Source: an uncultured Planctomycetota bacterium (GTDB lineage: Bacteria; Planctomycetota; Planctomycetia; Isosphaerales; Isosphaeraceae). Taken from it: a DNA stretch of 64,000 nucleotides. The notes under the pieces are model-generated. The model ran no database searches. It worked only from the letters and a program-made list of their open reading frames with translations, and was not told where the DNA came from. The DNA is taken from NCBI GenBank assembly GCA_963823665.1, contig CAWGMQ010000004.1, positions 1,376,001-1,440,000 on the forward strand. The letters run 5' to 3'. Position numbers and translations under genes: made by a program. Shown here piece after piece: positions 15,034 to 27,954 of the stretch (position 1 is the stretch's first letter; each line of letters begins with the position of its first letter).

Positions 15034-15079
15034 AATTGTCACCTCGATGGTGGTATCCCGCGCATGGAATCGATTGCCG

Positions 15080-16717
15080 TCACGTCCCAGTCACCGATTG
15101 ATTGCGGCTTCGAGATGCCTCAACGGACCCATCCTTGATGAGGGCCAGGTACTCATGTCGGAAATAGCGCAACGTGCTCAGGACAGGGTTTGGCGCCGTC
15201 TGGCCCAGGCCACAAAGGCTCGTATGCTTGACCACGTCACAGAGGGACTCCAGCCGGGCCAGGTCGGTGCGTGTCGCGTTTCCCGCGAGGATTCGCGCGA
15301 GGATCTGATCCATCTGCACAGTGCCGGCGCGGCAGGGGATGCACTTACCGCACGATTCGTCCCGGCAGAATCCCATGAAGAACTTCGCCATTCCGACCAT
15401 GCTGGTGTCCTGGTCCATGACGATCATGCCACCGGAGCCCATGATCGACCCAACCTTCTGAAGTGATTCGTAATCCACTGGCGTGTCGAGCGCGTCGGCC
15501 GGGATGCACCCGCCCGACGCCCCTCCGGTCTGGACAGCCTTGATCGTGCCGCCACCCGAGGCACCCCCGCCGATCTCCTCGACGATGAAGCGCAGGGTGG
15601 TGCCCATGGGCACTTCCACCAGCCCGGAGTTGCGTACCTTACCGGTCAGGGCGAAGACTTTCGTTCCCTTGCTCCCGGCTGTGCCGATGTTGGCGAACCA
15701 CTCCGAGCCGTTGCGGAGGATGGCCGGGACGTTGGCGAACGTCTCGACGTTGTTGATCAGCGTGGGATCGCCCTCGAGCCCCACCTCAGCCGGGTACGGC
15801 GGGCGCGGATGCGGCGTGCCTCGCCGGCCTTCGATCGAGGCGAGCAGCGCCGTCTCCTCGCCACAGACATAGGCCCCTGCGCCGATCCGCAGGTCGATCC
15901 GAAAATTGAACCGCGACTCGAAGATCTGGCTCCCCAGCAGCCCCAGCTTCCGGGCCTGTCTGATGGCGACGTCAAGCCGTTCGATGGCTAGCGGATACTC
16001 ACCTCGCACATAAATGTATCCCTGGTCCGCACCGACGGCATGTGCCGCGATGGCCATGCCCTCCAGGACTCGGTGCGGGTCGCTCTCCAGGATGCTACGG
16101 TCCATGAACGCACCCGGGTCGCCCTCATCGGCGTTGCAGACGACAAACTTCGGGCCTGGTGGCATCTTGGCGACCGTTGCCCATTTCACTCCGGTCGGAT
16201 AGCCCGCGCCGCCGCGGCCACGCAGGCCGCTCTGAGTGATGAGGTTGATAATATCCGAGGGCGTGATCTCGTGCACGGCATGGTACAGGGACTGGTAGCC
16301 GCCGGCCGCGATGTACGTCTCGATCCGCTCGGGCTCGACGATACCGCAGTTCTCCAGCACGACGGGACGCTGCTTGGTGAAGAAAGGGCTCTGAAGGTCT
16401 GCTCGCGGCGCTTCGGCCGTGCCCCCGTTTATTGCCCGGACGATCGACGGAGCATGGACCGGCGCCACCTGCTCATAGATTACTCCCTCGGGATCGACCC
16501 GGACCAGCGGACCGGCGCAGCAAAGGCGCATACAACCCACAGGGCAGACGTCGACGCGATCGTGCAGCGCAGCCTCAGTCACCGCCGAATCGAGCCCTTG
16601 CCGCACGGCGTCGGCGCCCGACGAGAGGCAACCGGCGGCCGTGCAAATGCGGACCTGGACGGGTCGTCGCCGCGCCGACTCACTCTGCGCGATCTGGTGG
16701 AGGTCATTCAGGTCCAC
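15080..16717 (-). CDS. hoxF: Bidirectional hydrogenase NAD/FMN-binding diaphorase subunit (NuoF-like)
   Basis: N-terminal 2Fe-2S domain, [41 protein letters not shown]. Confidence 0.95.
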   Translation of the reverse strand: MDLNDLHQIAQSESARRRPVQVRICTAAGCLSSGADAVRQGLDSAVTEAALHDRVDVCPVGCMRLCCAGPLVRVDPEGVIYEQVAPVHAPSIVRAINGGTAEAPRADLQSPFFTKQRPVVLENCGIVEPERIETYIAAGGYQSLYHAVHEITPSDIINLITQSGLRGRGGAGYPTGVKWATVAKMPPGPKFVVCNADEGDPGAFMDRSILESDPHRVLEGMAIAAHAVGADQGYIYVRGEYPLAIERLDVAIRQARKLGLLGSQIFESRFNFRIDLRIGAGAYVCGEETALLASIEGRRGTPHPRPPYPAEVGLEGDPTLINNVETFANVPAILRNGSEWFANIGTAGSKGTKVFALTGKVRNSGLVEVPMGTTLRFIVEEIGGGASGGGTIKAVQTGGASGGCIPADALDTPVDYESLQKVGSIMGSGGMIVMDQDTSMVGMAKFFMGFCRDESCGKCIPCRAGTVQMDQILARILAGNATRTDLARLESLCDVVKHTSLCGLGQTAPNPVLSTLRYFRHEYLALIKDGSVEASRSRNQSVTGT

Positions 16718-17219
16718 GGCTCAACCATCCTTTCACGCGGTCACTTACCATATCCGGGTCCTGTTTCCCACACACCTTGCCGTCGAAGACCACGACCGGC
16801 GCGATCCCGCAGGCGCCCAAGCAACGTGCCGTCTCCAGCGAGAGTCGACCATCTGCCAGCGCGTCCCCGGGGTGGATTCCGGTCGCGTGTTCGATGGCCG
16901 ACAGTAACTCGGCGCCTCCGTTGACATAACAGGCCGTACCCAGGCAGACCGTACACTGGTGCTTCCCCTTCGGCTTGAATCTGAATAAATGATAGAAGCT
17001 CGCCACGCCGTAAACGCGGCTCGGAGGAAGGGTCAGTCCGCGAGCGATATAGAACAGGATGTCATGATCGAGGTGACCGAAAAGTTCCTGCGCCGTGTGA
17101 AGCACCTCGATCAGCGCGTCGGGCCTGTGATGGTGGCGCTTCATCGACGTGTCGATCAAATGGAATCGCTCGTCGCCGCTCGGATGCGCGTCGGCTGCCG
17201 CCGTTGTCGTCTCAGTCAT
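16704..17219 (-). CDS. hoxE: Bidirectional hydrogenase subunit E (NuoE-like, 2Fe-2S)
   Basis: [41 protein letters not shown]. Confidence 0.93.
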   Translation of the reverse strand: MTETTTAAADAHPSGDERFHLIDTSMKRHHHRPDALIEVLHTAQELFGHLDHDILFYIARGLTLPPSRVYGVASFYHLFRFKPKGKHQCTVCLGTACYVNGGAELLSAIEHATGIHPGDALADGRLSLETARCLGACGIAPVVVFDGKVCGKQDPDMVSDRVKGWLSRGPE

Positions 17220-17256
17220 TGTTGACTCCGTCCTCGCTCCAAGGTCCCACGGATCT

Positions 17257-18270
17257 TCAGGTCGTGGCCTCCGTCCCGGTGAAGTTGACCAGTGTCTTGA
17301 TGTAGTTGGCGCGCTCGAAGGCACCAGGGTCCGGAGCGTTGATCGCACTCAGACTCCCTTTCATCTGGGCGACGGAGGCGTATTCTTTTTCCACCATCCA
17401 GGCGCGGATGCCGTCGAGCAGGGTCCGGACATGGTTCGGGCCATGGTGGTAAAGAGCGGAGGCGATCATCGTCACGTCGGCGCCGGCCAGGAGGAGCTTG
17501 ATCGCATCAAGGGCCGTGTGAACGCCCGTCGTTGCCGCGAACGAGGTCTCAAAGTGGGGGCGGAGGATGGCGATCCACCGGAGCGGCAAGCGCAGTTCGC
17601 TGCTGGTGCTCAGGATCAGGTTCGGAGTCACGCGGAGCGTCTCCAGGTCGATATCCGGTTGGAGGAAGCGGTTGAACAGGACCAGGCCGTTCGCGCCGGC
17701 CCGGGTGAGCCGGAGCGTCATGTTGGGTAACGAGCTGAAGAAAGGCCCCAACTTGACGGCGATAGGGATCGTGACGACCTCGCGAACCGCCTCGACAAGA
17801 TCGACGTAGCGCGATTCGACGTCGTTGCCGGTCTGAAACGGGTCCGTGACGACGTGATAGATATTCAGTTCGAGGGCATCGGCACCGGCCTCCTGGATCA
17901 GCTTGCCGTAGCGAACCCACCCCCCCTTCGAAGTGCCGTTCAAGCTGCCGATCACCGGAATCGACAGCGACCGCTTGGCCTCCTCGATGTGGTGGAGATA
18001 GGCGTCCGGCCCGGTGTTGTAGTTGTCCAGCTCGGGGAAGTACGAAAGAGCCTCGGGGAAACTCTCCGCGCCGTGCTCGTAGAAGCGGTAGGTTGCCATC
18101 TCGTCATGCTCGATCTGCTCCTCGAACAATGAGGGCATCACCGCCGCGGCGGCGCCGGCGTCCTCGAACCTGCGCAACGTGTCCAGTTTCCCGGTCAGAG
18201 AGCAAGCCGAGATTACCAGCGGGTTCGCCAGCGTCAGACCAAGGTATCGGGTTGTCAGGTCAACGTTCAT
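17257..18270 (-). CDS. Dihydroorotate dehydrogenase-like FMN protein (PFOR-associated type)
   Basis: LTTRYLGLTLANP, SLFEEQI, LELNIY, VKLGPFFS, LFNRF, TGVHT. Start overlaps the nifJ stop (ATGA). Confidence 0.85.
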   Translation of the reverse strand: MNVDLTTRYLGLTLANPLVISACSLTGKLDTLRRFEDAGAAAAVMPSLFEEQIEHDEMATYRFYEHGAESFPEALSYFPELDNYNTGPDAYLHHIEEAKRSLSIPVIGSLNGTSKGGWVRYGKLIQEAGADALELNIYHVVTDPFQTGNDVESRYVDLVEAVREVVTIPIAVKLGPFFSSLPNMTLRLTRAGANGLVLFNRFLQPDIDLETLRVTPNLILSTSSELRLPLRWIAILRPHFETSFAATTGVHTALDAIKLLLAGADVTMIASALYHHGPNHVRTLLDGIRAWMVEKEYASVAQMKGSLSAINAPDPGAFERANYIKTLVNFTGTEATT

Positions 18271-21200
18271 GATTGTACCTCTTCCATCCGGCCGGGAGCG
18301 GTGCGCTCGACGCCCGCCATCTGTTCGTAGAAATGCCAGCGCTCGTCGATGTCGCGCTGCGCCAAGCTCAGGAGTTGTTCGGCCCGTTCGGGATTGGACC
18401 GAGTCAGCATGGCGAAACGGGCCTCCTTCATGGCGAACTCCTTGAATGGAAGGTTCGGCTTGTGGCTGTCGAGGTGGAACGGATGGCTCCCCGCGCTGGC
18501 GAGACGCGGGTCGTAGTGGTAGAGGGGCCAGTAGCCGCTGGCCGCTGCCTCCTTCTGGTGGCTCATCGACGTGGACATCTCGATGCCATGTGCGATGCAG
18601 TGACTGTAAGCGATGATCAACGACGGTCCGGTGTAGGAATCGGCCTGCTGGAAGGCGTGGAGGGTCTGCAAGGGGTTGGCCCCCATCGCGATTTGGGCGA
18701 CGTAAACGTTGCCATAGTCCACGGCGATCATGCCGAGGTCTTTCTTGGCGATGGCTTTGCCCTGGGCGGCAAACTTGGCCACCGCGGCGCGCGGAGTGGC
18801 CTTGGACGCCTGGCCGCCTGTGTTCGAGTAAACCTCGGTGTCGAGCACCAGCACGTTCACGTTCCGCCCCGACGCAAGAACGTGGTCCAGCCCGCCGAAC
18901 CCAATGTCATACGCCCAGCCGTCGCCACCGACGATCCAGACGCTCCGCCGCACAAGCGTATCGACCACCGTCAGGAGTGCCTTAGCCTCGGCGTCCGCGA
19001 TGGTGGATAGCCGTTCCTTGAGCTGAGCCACGCGCCGGCGTTGTTCGCGGATCTCCTCCTCGGTCTCCTGATGCGCATCCAGGATCGAAGCGACCATGTC
19101 CTCGCCCAATTGGGGGGCCAGCTCTCCTAAAAGGTGGCGCGCAAGTTCCTCCTGCTGGTTGACGGCCAGGCGCATCCCCAGGCCGAATTCGGCATTGTCC
19201 TCGAACAGCGAGTTGGACCAGGCGGGCCCGCGGCCCCCCTCATTCTTTGCCCAGGGGGTGGTCGGGAGGTTGGCCCCATAGATCGAAGAGCACCCGGTGG
19301 CATTGGCGACGATCAAGCGATCGCCATAGAGCTGGGTCAGGAGCTTCAAATACGGCGTCTCGCCGCACCCGGCGCAGGCGCCCGAGAATTCGAACAGCGG
19401 CTGGAGCAACTGCGAGCCCTTGACCGTATCGGCCTTCACCTGCTTCCGGTCGATTTCCGGAATCTTCGTGAAGAACTGGAAGTTCGGCCTCTCGCGCCCG
19501 AGGTGATCCTCCGACTTGATCTCCATGTTGATCGCCTTGTGCCGTGCGACCTCCTTGCTGACGGCCGGACAAACGTCAACACAGACACCGCAGCCGGTGC
19601 AGTCGTCCGGGGCGACCTGGATCGTCATGAGGTGATCGGGAAGGTCCGTGCCGGTCCAGGGCCGCGAGCGAAAGCCTGGCGGCGCTCCGTCCAAGGCCGA
19701 AGGCGCGTAGACTTTGCTCCGGATCACGGCGTGCGGACAGACCATCGCACAGAGGCCGCACTCGATGCAGACATCCGGGTCCCAGATCGGGATCTGCTGG
19801 GCGATGCTGCGCTTCTCGAACCGGGAAGTGCCCGTCGGGAAAGTACCATCGGGCGGCAAGGCGCTGACGGGGAGCAGGTCGCCCTTGCCGGCTATGATCA
19901 GGGCCGTGACACGCTGGACGAAATCGGGCGCGTCGTCGGGCACGACCGGCAGCCGACGCCGGTCCCCGGCGACATACCTCGGGAATCGCGACCTCATGCA
20001 GCGACGCGAGGGCGTCGTCTACAGCAGCGAAGTTCCGGCGCAGCACCGCCTGGCCGCGCTTGCCGTACGCTTTTTCAATCGACTCCTTGATCTCGTTGAT
20101 CGCATGGTCGCCAGGCAAGAGGGTCGTCAGTGAGAAGAAGCATGTCTGCATCACCGTGTTGATTCGCGGCCCGAGCCCCGCCTCGCTGGCCACACGGTAG
20201 GCGTCCACCACGAAGAACCGCAGTCTCTTCTTGATGATCTGTTCCTGGACTTCGACCGGGAGCTTCTCCCAGACCTCCGCCGGCCCGAAGTGGCTATTGA
20301 GCAGGAACGTGGCGCTCGGCTCGGCGTGCTCCAGCACGTCGATCCGATCCAGGAAGCCGAACTGATGGCATGCCACGAAGTTGGCCCGGCTGATCAAATA
20401 CGGTGAATTAATCGGCTGCGAGCTGAAGCGAAGGTGCGAGACGGTGATCGAGCCCGACTTCTTCGAGTCGTAGACGAAGTATCCCTGCGCGTGCAGCGGG
20501 GTCTTCTCGCCGACGATCTTGACCGAGTGCTTGTTCGCGCCGACGGTGCCGTCGCTGCCGAGTCCGTAGAAGAGCGCACGAAGTCCGTCTTCGTGTTCGG
20601 TGCAAAAGTCTTCGTGCCCTTTGAGATTCAGACTCAGGTGCGTTACATCGTCGTTGATCCCCACCGTGAAGTGCAGCTTGGGGTCCGGTCGACCGAGCTC
20701 GTCGAAGACCGCCGCGGCCATGGCCGGTGTGAATTCTTTGGACGAGAGGCCGTACCGGCCTCCGATCACTCGCGGAATCGGTCCCGCTCCCTTGGCCCGA
20801 CTGCTCCAACTCTCGGCCAGGGCGGTCACGACGTCGAGATAAAGCGGCTCGCCCAGACTTCCCGGCTCCTTGGTGCGGTCCAGGGCCGCGATGATCCGGG
20901 TCGTTGGCGGCAGTGTTGCGATAAATGCATCGGCGGAGAACGGACGGTACAGCCGAACCTTGAGCAACCCCACCCTCTCGCCGCGGGCGACGAGAGTTCG
21001 GACTGCTTCCTCCGCCGCGCCGACGGCGGAGCCGAGAATCACGGCCACCCTCTCGGCGTCGGGCGAGCCCACATAGTCGAAGAGATGGTATTGCCGCCCG
21101 ATCCGACCGGCGAAACGATCCATGGTTTGCTGCACGACATTTGGCACCGCCTCGTAAAACATGTTCACCGCCTCGCGGGCTTGGAAGAACACGTCCGGGT

Positions 21201-21864
21201 TCTGTGCCGATCCGCGAAGTACGGGCCGATCCGGCGACAAGGCCCGATCGCGATGGGCTTGCACATGGTCGTCGTCCATCATCGCCCGCACATCGTCCGC
21301 GGTAAGCTGATCGATCTTGTTGATCTCGTGCGACGTCCGAAAGCCGTCGATGACGTGGAGAAAGGGTACGCGCGCCGCGAGGGTGGCGGCCTGCGCGATC
21401 AGAGCGAAGTCCTGTGCTTCCTGTACCGAGGTTGCAAAGAGCATCGCCCAGCCCGTCGAGCGCGTCGCCATCACGTCGCTATGGTCGCAGAAGATGGACA
21501 GGGCGTGCGTCGCCACCGACCGGGCGGCGATGTGGAAGACCGTGGACGTCAGCTCGCCGGCGATCTTGAACATGTTGGGTATCATTAGCAGCAGGCCCTG
21601 CGAGGCGGTGAACGTCGTCGTGAGCGCTCCGGCCTGCAGCGCCCCGTGCACGGCACCCGCCGCGCCCCCTTCGCTCTGCATCTCGATGACTTCGGGCACC
21701 GTGCCGAAAAGGTTCTTCTTACCCGCGGCAGACCAGGCGTCGGCCAGCTCTCCCATCGGCGAGGCCGGGGTGATCGGATAGATCGCGATCACTTCGTTTG
21801 TCAGGTGGGCGACGAAGGCAGCCGCCTCGTTGCCGTCGAGCGTGATCCAACGTGGTTGATGCAT
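18267..21864 (-). CDS. nifJ: Pyruvate:ferredoxin/flavodoxin oxidoreductase (single chain); frameshift ~19978
   Basis: YPITPAS, EMQSEGGAAG, GLGSDGTVGANK, two CxxCxxC ferredoxin motifs, FSGACAGCGETPY, GGDGWAYDIG, YSNTGGQ. Confidence 0.96.
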
Positions 21865-21974
21865 GATGCAGCCTCTCGATTCAAACGGGCCGGACTTGAC
21901 TGAGGTCGGAAGAGCCAACCAAGTCGTAGCCGTCTATTTCTCTTTCGGCCTCAGCGGCCCAGCTCTCCATCCGG

Positions 21975-23149
21975 TTAGCGGTCCAACAGGACCGCCACGC
22001 CAGGAAGCTGCATGCCCTCCAGAAACTCCAGGCAGGCCCCGCCGCCGGTGGAGATGTGCGTGATCCGTGCCTCGACCCCCGCCTTCTTGACAGCCGCGAT
22101 GGTATCGCCGCCTCCGATGAGCGTGCACGCCTCGGGCATTTCGGCCAGGGCCCGCGCGACGGCCAGTGTGCCCTCCGCGAACGGTGCCATCTCAAAGACA
22201 CCCATGGGCCCGTTCCACACGACGGTTCGCGCGCGCGCAGGCGTTCCCGGAATGCGGTCACGGTCTTCGGGCCGATGTCCATCGCCTTCCAGCCGGAAGG
22301 CACTTCGGCGACATCGACGACCCGCCGCTGCACCCCTGCCTCCGCGCCGATCGTGACCACCAGATCTTGCGGGAGGAACAGTTTGTCCCTCCCCTTCTGG
22401 AGTAATTCCCTGGCCGCGTCGAGCTTGCTCTCTTCGACCAGGGATTGCCCCATTTCTTTCCCCTCGGCTTTGAGGAAAGTGTTGGCCATTCCTCCGCCGA
22501 TCAAGAGTCCATCAGCCCTGCCCAGCAGGCTCTTGACGACGCCGATCTTGTCGGAGACCTTGGCCCCGCCCAGTATGGCGAGAAACGGCCGAGCCGGACT
22601 GGTCAAGACACGCCCCAGCACATCAAGTTCACGCTCCATCAGGAGCCCCGCGACCGCCGGAAGGTACCTGGCAACTCCAACCGTCGATGCATGAGCGCGG
22701 TGAGCGGAGCCAAAGGCGTCGTTGACGAACAGGTCGGCCAGGGACGCCAATTGTTGAGCGAAGTGCGGATCATTGGCTTCTTCTCCCGGATGGAAGCGAA
22801 GATTCTCCAGCAGAACAGCGTCTTTCCGGGGCATCGCCTTGACAATTGCCGTGACGTTCGGCCCGACACAGTCGGGGATGAGACGCACAGTCCTGTTGAG
22901 CAGCTCGCTGAGGCGGGCCGCCGCCGGGCCCAGGCTCAGAGCCGGAGTCGGCTTCCCTTTTGGGCGGCCGAGGTGCGAACAAAGAATGACCCTGGCGTCC
23001 TTGTCGATCAGGTATTGGATCGTCGGCAGCGACGCTCGGATGCGGGTATCATCGGTCACGACACCTTTGTCCAGCGGCACGTTGAAGTCGACGCGGACGA
23101 GAACCCGCTTGCCGGCTGGGTCGATATCCCGAACGGTTTTCTTATTCAT
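21975..23149 (-). CDS. pgk: Phosphoglycerate kinase; frameshift ~22235 in a (GC)n run
   Basis: [44 protein letters not shown]. Confidence 0.96.
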
Positions 23150-23186
23150 GAGATCAGATCCCTGGTGTTCCCTTTGGCCGGCTATT

Positions 23187-25676
23187 TTATACGCTCGCGG
23201 CACGCGCTCCTTTTTTCCCCGCCACTGCTTTGACTGGTGTGGGTGCTGGGCTCGGATGCTCACGCAACTGTTTTTCCATGTCCAGCACGGCGCCGGTCGT
23301 CTTCAATACCGTGTCGGGATTCAGCGAAATGCTGTCGATGCCGCACGAAACCAGGAAGCGGGCGAACTCCGGGTAGTCGCTCGGCGCCTGCCCGCAGATG
23401 CCGATTTTTCGGCCGCACGCACGCGTCCTGCGAATGACGTCCTCAATGAAGCGCATGACGGCCGGGTTCCGCTCGTCAAAGAGGTGGGCGACGATCGCCG
23501 AGTCGCGGTCCACACCCAAGACGAGCTGGGTCAGGTCGTTCGAGCCGATCGAGAAGCCGTCGAAGATCTCGGCGAAGTCTTCGGCGAGAATGACGTTGCT
23601 GGGTATCTCGCACATGACGTAGACCTCGAGCCCGTTTTCGCCGCGCTTCAGCCCGTGCTTGGCCATCTCGGCGCACGACGCGCTGGCCCTCCTCGACGGT
23701 CCGGCAGAAGGGGACCATGAGCTTGACATTGGTCAGCCCCATCTCGTCGCGAACCTTTTTCATCGCGCGACATTCCAGCGCGAAACCGTCGCGGTAGCGC
23801 GGGTCGTAGTAGCGCGAGGCGCCGCGGAAGCCCAGCATCGGGTTCTCCTCCGTCGGCTCGTAGGGCCGGCCGCCAACCAGGTTGGCGTACTCGTTGGTCT
23901 TGAAATCGCTCAGGCGGACGATGACATCCTTGGGATAGAACGCCGCGCCGATCATCGCGACGCCCTGCGGCGAGCTTGTCCACGAAGAACTGGGGCTTGT
24001 CGTCGTAGCCCGCCGTCAGGCGATCGATCTCGGCCCGCACGGCGGTGTCGTCCAGGTGGTGATAGTCGAGCAAGGCCATCGGATGAACCTTGATGTAGGT
24101 GGATATGATGAATTCCTCGCGGGCAAGGCCGACGCCGTCGTTGGGGACAAACGAGAGCCGGAACGCCTGCTTCGGGATTGCCCACGTTCATCATGATCTT
24201 CGTCTTCGGGCGCTCCAGCTTTCGTAGGTCCTGACGCTCGACGTCGAAGTCAAGCAGGCCTTCGTAGACGAAGCCGGTGTCGCCCTCGGCGCCGGAGACC
24301 GTGACCTCCTGGCCGTCGTGGAGCAGCTCGGTGCCTCGCTCGGTCCCGACGACGGCGGGCAGGCCGAGTTCGCGGCTCACGATGGCCGCGTGGCAGGTCC
24401 GGCCGCCACGATTCGTGACGATGGCCGCCGCCTTCTTCATGGTCGGTTCCCAGTCGGGATCGGTCTTGTCGGTGACGAGCACATCGCCGTCGCGGAACTG
24501 ATGCAGGTCCTGCACGCGTTTGATCACGCGCACGGGTCCCCGGCCGATCTTCTCGCCGACGCTCCGGCCGCTGACGAGCACCGGGCCCTTGGACCGCAGC
24601 TTGTAGACCTCGATCGCTGTCCGGCCGTTTCTGCGACTGGACGGTCTCGGGACGTGCCTGGACGATGAACAGCTCGCCGGTTCGTCCGTCCTTGGCCCAT
24701 TCCATGTCCATCGGCGTGGGCTGCCCGCGCTTGGCGCTGTAGTGGTCCTCGATCAGGCAGGCCCAGCCGGCCAGTTGCAGGATCTCGTCGTCGCTGATGG
24801 CGAAGCGGTCGCGGTCCTCGGGCGGCACCGGGACGTTCTTGGTCATCTTGCCGCCGCCAACGTCGTAGATCAGCTTGAATTCCTTGGTGCCGATCAGCTT
24901 CTGGAGGATCGGCCGGAAACCTTGCTTCATCGTCGGCTTGAAGACGTAATACTCGTCGGGATTGACCGACCCCTGAACCACGTTCTCGCCCAGGCCATAC
25001 GCGGCGTTGATCAACACGGCGTCACGGAACCCGGTTTCGGTATCGATCGAAAACATCACGCCGGAGACGGCCAGGTCCGACCGCACCATGCGCTGGACGC
25101 CGATCGACAGACCGACCTTGAAGTGGTCGAACCCCTTGTCCACGCGGTAGGAAATGGCCCGATCGGTGTAAAGCGAGGCGAAGCAGCGCTTGCAGGTCTC
25201 GAGCAGGGCCTGGCTGCCCTGGACGTTCAGGTAGGTTTCCTGCTGCCCGGCGAAGCTGGCGTCGGGCAGGTCTTCGGCGGTGGCGCTGCTGCGCACGGCG
25301 ACGTCGAGCGGCTGGGAGGTCCCCTCCGAGAGCTTCTCATAGGAGGTGTCATGGCTTGCTGCAGGTCTTGGGGCAGGTCAGCCTCGAGGATCAGGTCGCG
25401 AGCCTGACGGCCTCGCTGACGGAGATTCTCGATGTCGCGCGTGTCCAAGCCCTGGAGAACTTCCCGCAGTCGGCGGTCAACCCCGGTCTCGCGCAAGAAA
25501 TAGCGGTAGGCGTCGGCCGTAACGGCAAAGCCGTTGGGCACCTTCACACCCTTGGGAGTCAACTCGCGGTACATTTCGCCCAGCGAGGCGTTCTTTCCGC
25601 CGACGAGCGCGACATCACCGATGCCGATCTCGTCGAACCATCGAATGTGTGGATTGGATACCCGTTTGCTAATCAT
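23187..25676 (-). CDS. ppsA: Phosphoenolpyruvate synthase; about 5 frameshifts
   Basis: [68 protein letters not shown], distributed over six frame segments. Confidence 0.93.
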
Positions 25677-25774
25677 CGTTCGTGCTCCTTGATCGATTGG
25701 AAGTGGCTGGCCGCCCTTAGTTGGAAGCCAACTGCGTTGGCAATGTCCACCTGGCGGCGGCTCGAATCCGGCAT
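25673..25774 (-). pseudogene. HPr phosphocarrier N-terminal remnant
   Basis: RRQVDIANAVGFQLRAASHF resembles the HPr motif N..GLHxRxA, with His replaced by Gln. Ends after ~33 aa. Confidence 0.5.
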
Positions 25775-25844
25775 GACTGGCTCTCCTCGCGGATTGCCGC
25801 CTCGCGGGGCCAAACCACAATGGTGAAGTAGATACCGGCCATCC

Positions 25845-26104
25845 TTAACCATCCGTCGCTGCCAACGATTCGAGGTCGTGAAGCATCCTCGTTGGCTCTT
25901 CTGTTCGTCTAAATCGGCCATCGTTCTGCCTTTCAAGTCCCACGCTCAAGGCAATCAGCTCTTTCTCCCGCACCGACAGGCGCCTTCCTTCATGATGAGC
26001 TGGTGGAATCCTGCGAACCCCCGCGCAAGGTCGGGCATCTCCTGCTGCATCTTCTGGCGATCGGCATGCCACCCATCGAAAAACGTGGCTACTTCACTTG
26101 CCAT
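25845..26104 (-). pseudogene. Carboxymuconolactone decarboxylase (AhpD-like) remnant
   Basis: PDLARGFAGFHQLIMKEGA / LSVREKELIALSVGL across a frameshift. The CxxC part is absent. Confidence 0.6.
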
Positions 26105-26177
26105 AATTTGCCTCCCTCGAATCGTGCTCCTTCTGAATTACTTCCCAACGTATCACGGGCCGGGACGATGCTCGGCT

Positions 26178-27190
26178 CTAAGTGGGTGTCCCCATCCGCC
26201 GCAGCAAGTCAACACAGCGCGAGGAATAACCCCACTCATTGTCATACCACCCGATGACCTTGATGAGGCGGCCGTCGATCGCTTGCGTCCAGCTTCCATC
26301 CAGAACGCAGGAGTGGGGGTTCCGGATCACGTCCGAGGACACGAGGGGATCTTCCGTGTATTGAAGGAAGCCGCGCAGCGACCCCTCGGCGGCCTTGCGG
26401 AAGGCCGCGTTGAGAGCTTCTCGGGTCACGGATTTCCGCAAAGTCACCGTCAGGTCGGTGAGGCTCCCGCAGGCGATGGGCACGCGCAGGGCGAAGCCGG
26501 TCAGCTTGCCCTTCAGGTCGGGAATGATCTCGCCCACGAGTTTGGCGGCTCCGGTGGTCGTGGGGATGATATTCAGCGCGGCCGCGCGGGCCCGCCGCGG
26601 ATCTTTGTGCAGACCATCCACCAAATGTTGGCTGCTGGTGTAGGCGTGCGTGGTTACCATTAGCCCCTCGATAATGCCAAACTGCTCGTGAAGCACCTTC
26701 GCCATCGGGGCAACGCAGTTCGTCGTGCACGACGCGTTACTCACCAATCGCATGGATGGCTTCAGGAGGGCGTCATTAACGCCAAAGACGATGGTGGCGT
26801 CGATCGGTTGATCGCCTTTGACCGGAGCGCTGAGCAAGACCTTGGCGCGCCGGCCGCCAAATGCTTTTCCATTCCCTCGCGGGATCGGAACGCTCCGCTC
26901 GCTTCGAAGACGACATCGACCGCGGCCTCCTTCCACGGAAGCCGCGCCGGGTCACTCACTCTGGTGACACGGATTGTCCGGCCGTTGATGATCAGGTTGT
27001 CTCCGTCAACAGCCACGTCGCCTGGAAACGGGCCGTAAACCGTGTCGTACTTAAGCAGATTGACCAATGCGTGCGGCTCGGCCAGATCGTTGATGAGCGA
27101 GACGTCGAACTCCTCGGGCCGCGAGAGGAGAAGGCGGCACGTGAGCCGGCCGATCCTGCCGAAGCCATTGATTCCCACTCGAATCGACAT
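26178..27190 (-). CDS. gap: Type I glyceraldehyde-3-phosphate dehydrogenase; frameshift ~26845
   Basis: [38 protein letters not shown]. Confidence 0.96.
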
Positions 27191-27253
27191 CGCAAGCCTC
27201 CCTTTCTCAAGACTCAGCGAATGACAAATCGCAACACAGACGCTGTCGCCTGA

Positions 27254-27505
27254 CTAGCTCACGGGGTCGGCGATCTCGGCGTCGGTCCGGGCATTAATCC
27301 CGTAGAGCTTGACCGTGATCTCGTCGGCAATGCCCTTGACGCCCCGAACCCTCTCGACGGCCCATTTCTCGGCGTAGGTTCCTACCATGCCGTTCAGCGT
27401 CACTACCCCGCTCGCGGCCGAAACGCCGATCTGGGCCGCCGTGGCGCATGGCTCCCATTTGATCTCATCCATGACGTCCTTCTGCAATCGGGCGGCTGTC
27501 TTCAT
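27254..27505 (-). pseudogene. BON/OsmY-like protein, truncated after the first BON domain
   Basis: LQKDVMDEIKWEP, IGVSAASGVVTLNG, VRGVKGIADEI, RTDAEIA, then stop. Confidence 0.7.
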
Positions 27506-27639
27506 CGTCAACGCCTCTCGGTAAACGTTGGGTCATCATCCCCGGATAACGTTTCCGGTTCGTACTTCGCTTGCTGCATATCGAAAGAGCGGGCCAGCCG
27601 ATTGCTCTTCCGCCCGACGGTCATGCGACACCCGTTGGC

Positions 27640-27847
27640 AAACCAACGGGGGTCGCGGCATGGACCTTCCCGAGCACCTCGAACGCGAGCGGGACGGTCG
27701 TGACGGCGCCAACCAGCACGAGCGTCCACCCGACGGCCTTGCGTTGGCTCTCGGGCAGGCGGTCCGCCAGCAGAAGGCCGAGCCCGACGCCGACCGCGTG
27801 CCGACGAGCAGCGCGAGTTCAGGCAGGGTCAGTGAGAGGTCTCTCAT
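27640..27847 (-). CDS. Small two-TM hypothetical membrane protein (frameshifted; 3' end approximate)
   Basis: MRDLSLTLPELALLVGTR / GVGLGLLLADRLPESQRKAVGWTLVLVGAVTTVPLAFEVLG. RBS GAGGA upstream. Confidence 0.55.
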
Positions 27848-27954
27848 CGCGGTAATATCCTCGGTTCAGATGATTCAGAAATACTCGTTATCACCTCTGG
27901 CGAAGGTTCCGGCCGGAGAGCGACCGGAGCTCCCGTCAGACGGACCCTGTTGAG

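Noticed and set aside
14326..17219. Complex I nuoEFG genes
   Set aside because: Followed directly by NiFe small and large subunits, and the HoxU-sized protein lacks the long NuoG C-terminus; these are hoxEFU.
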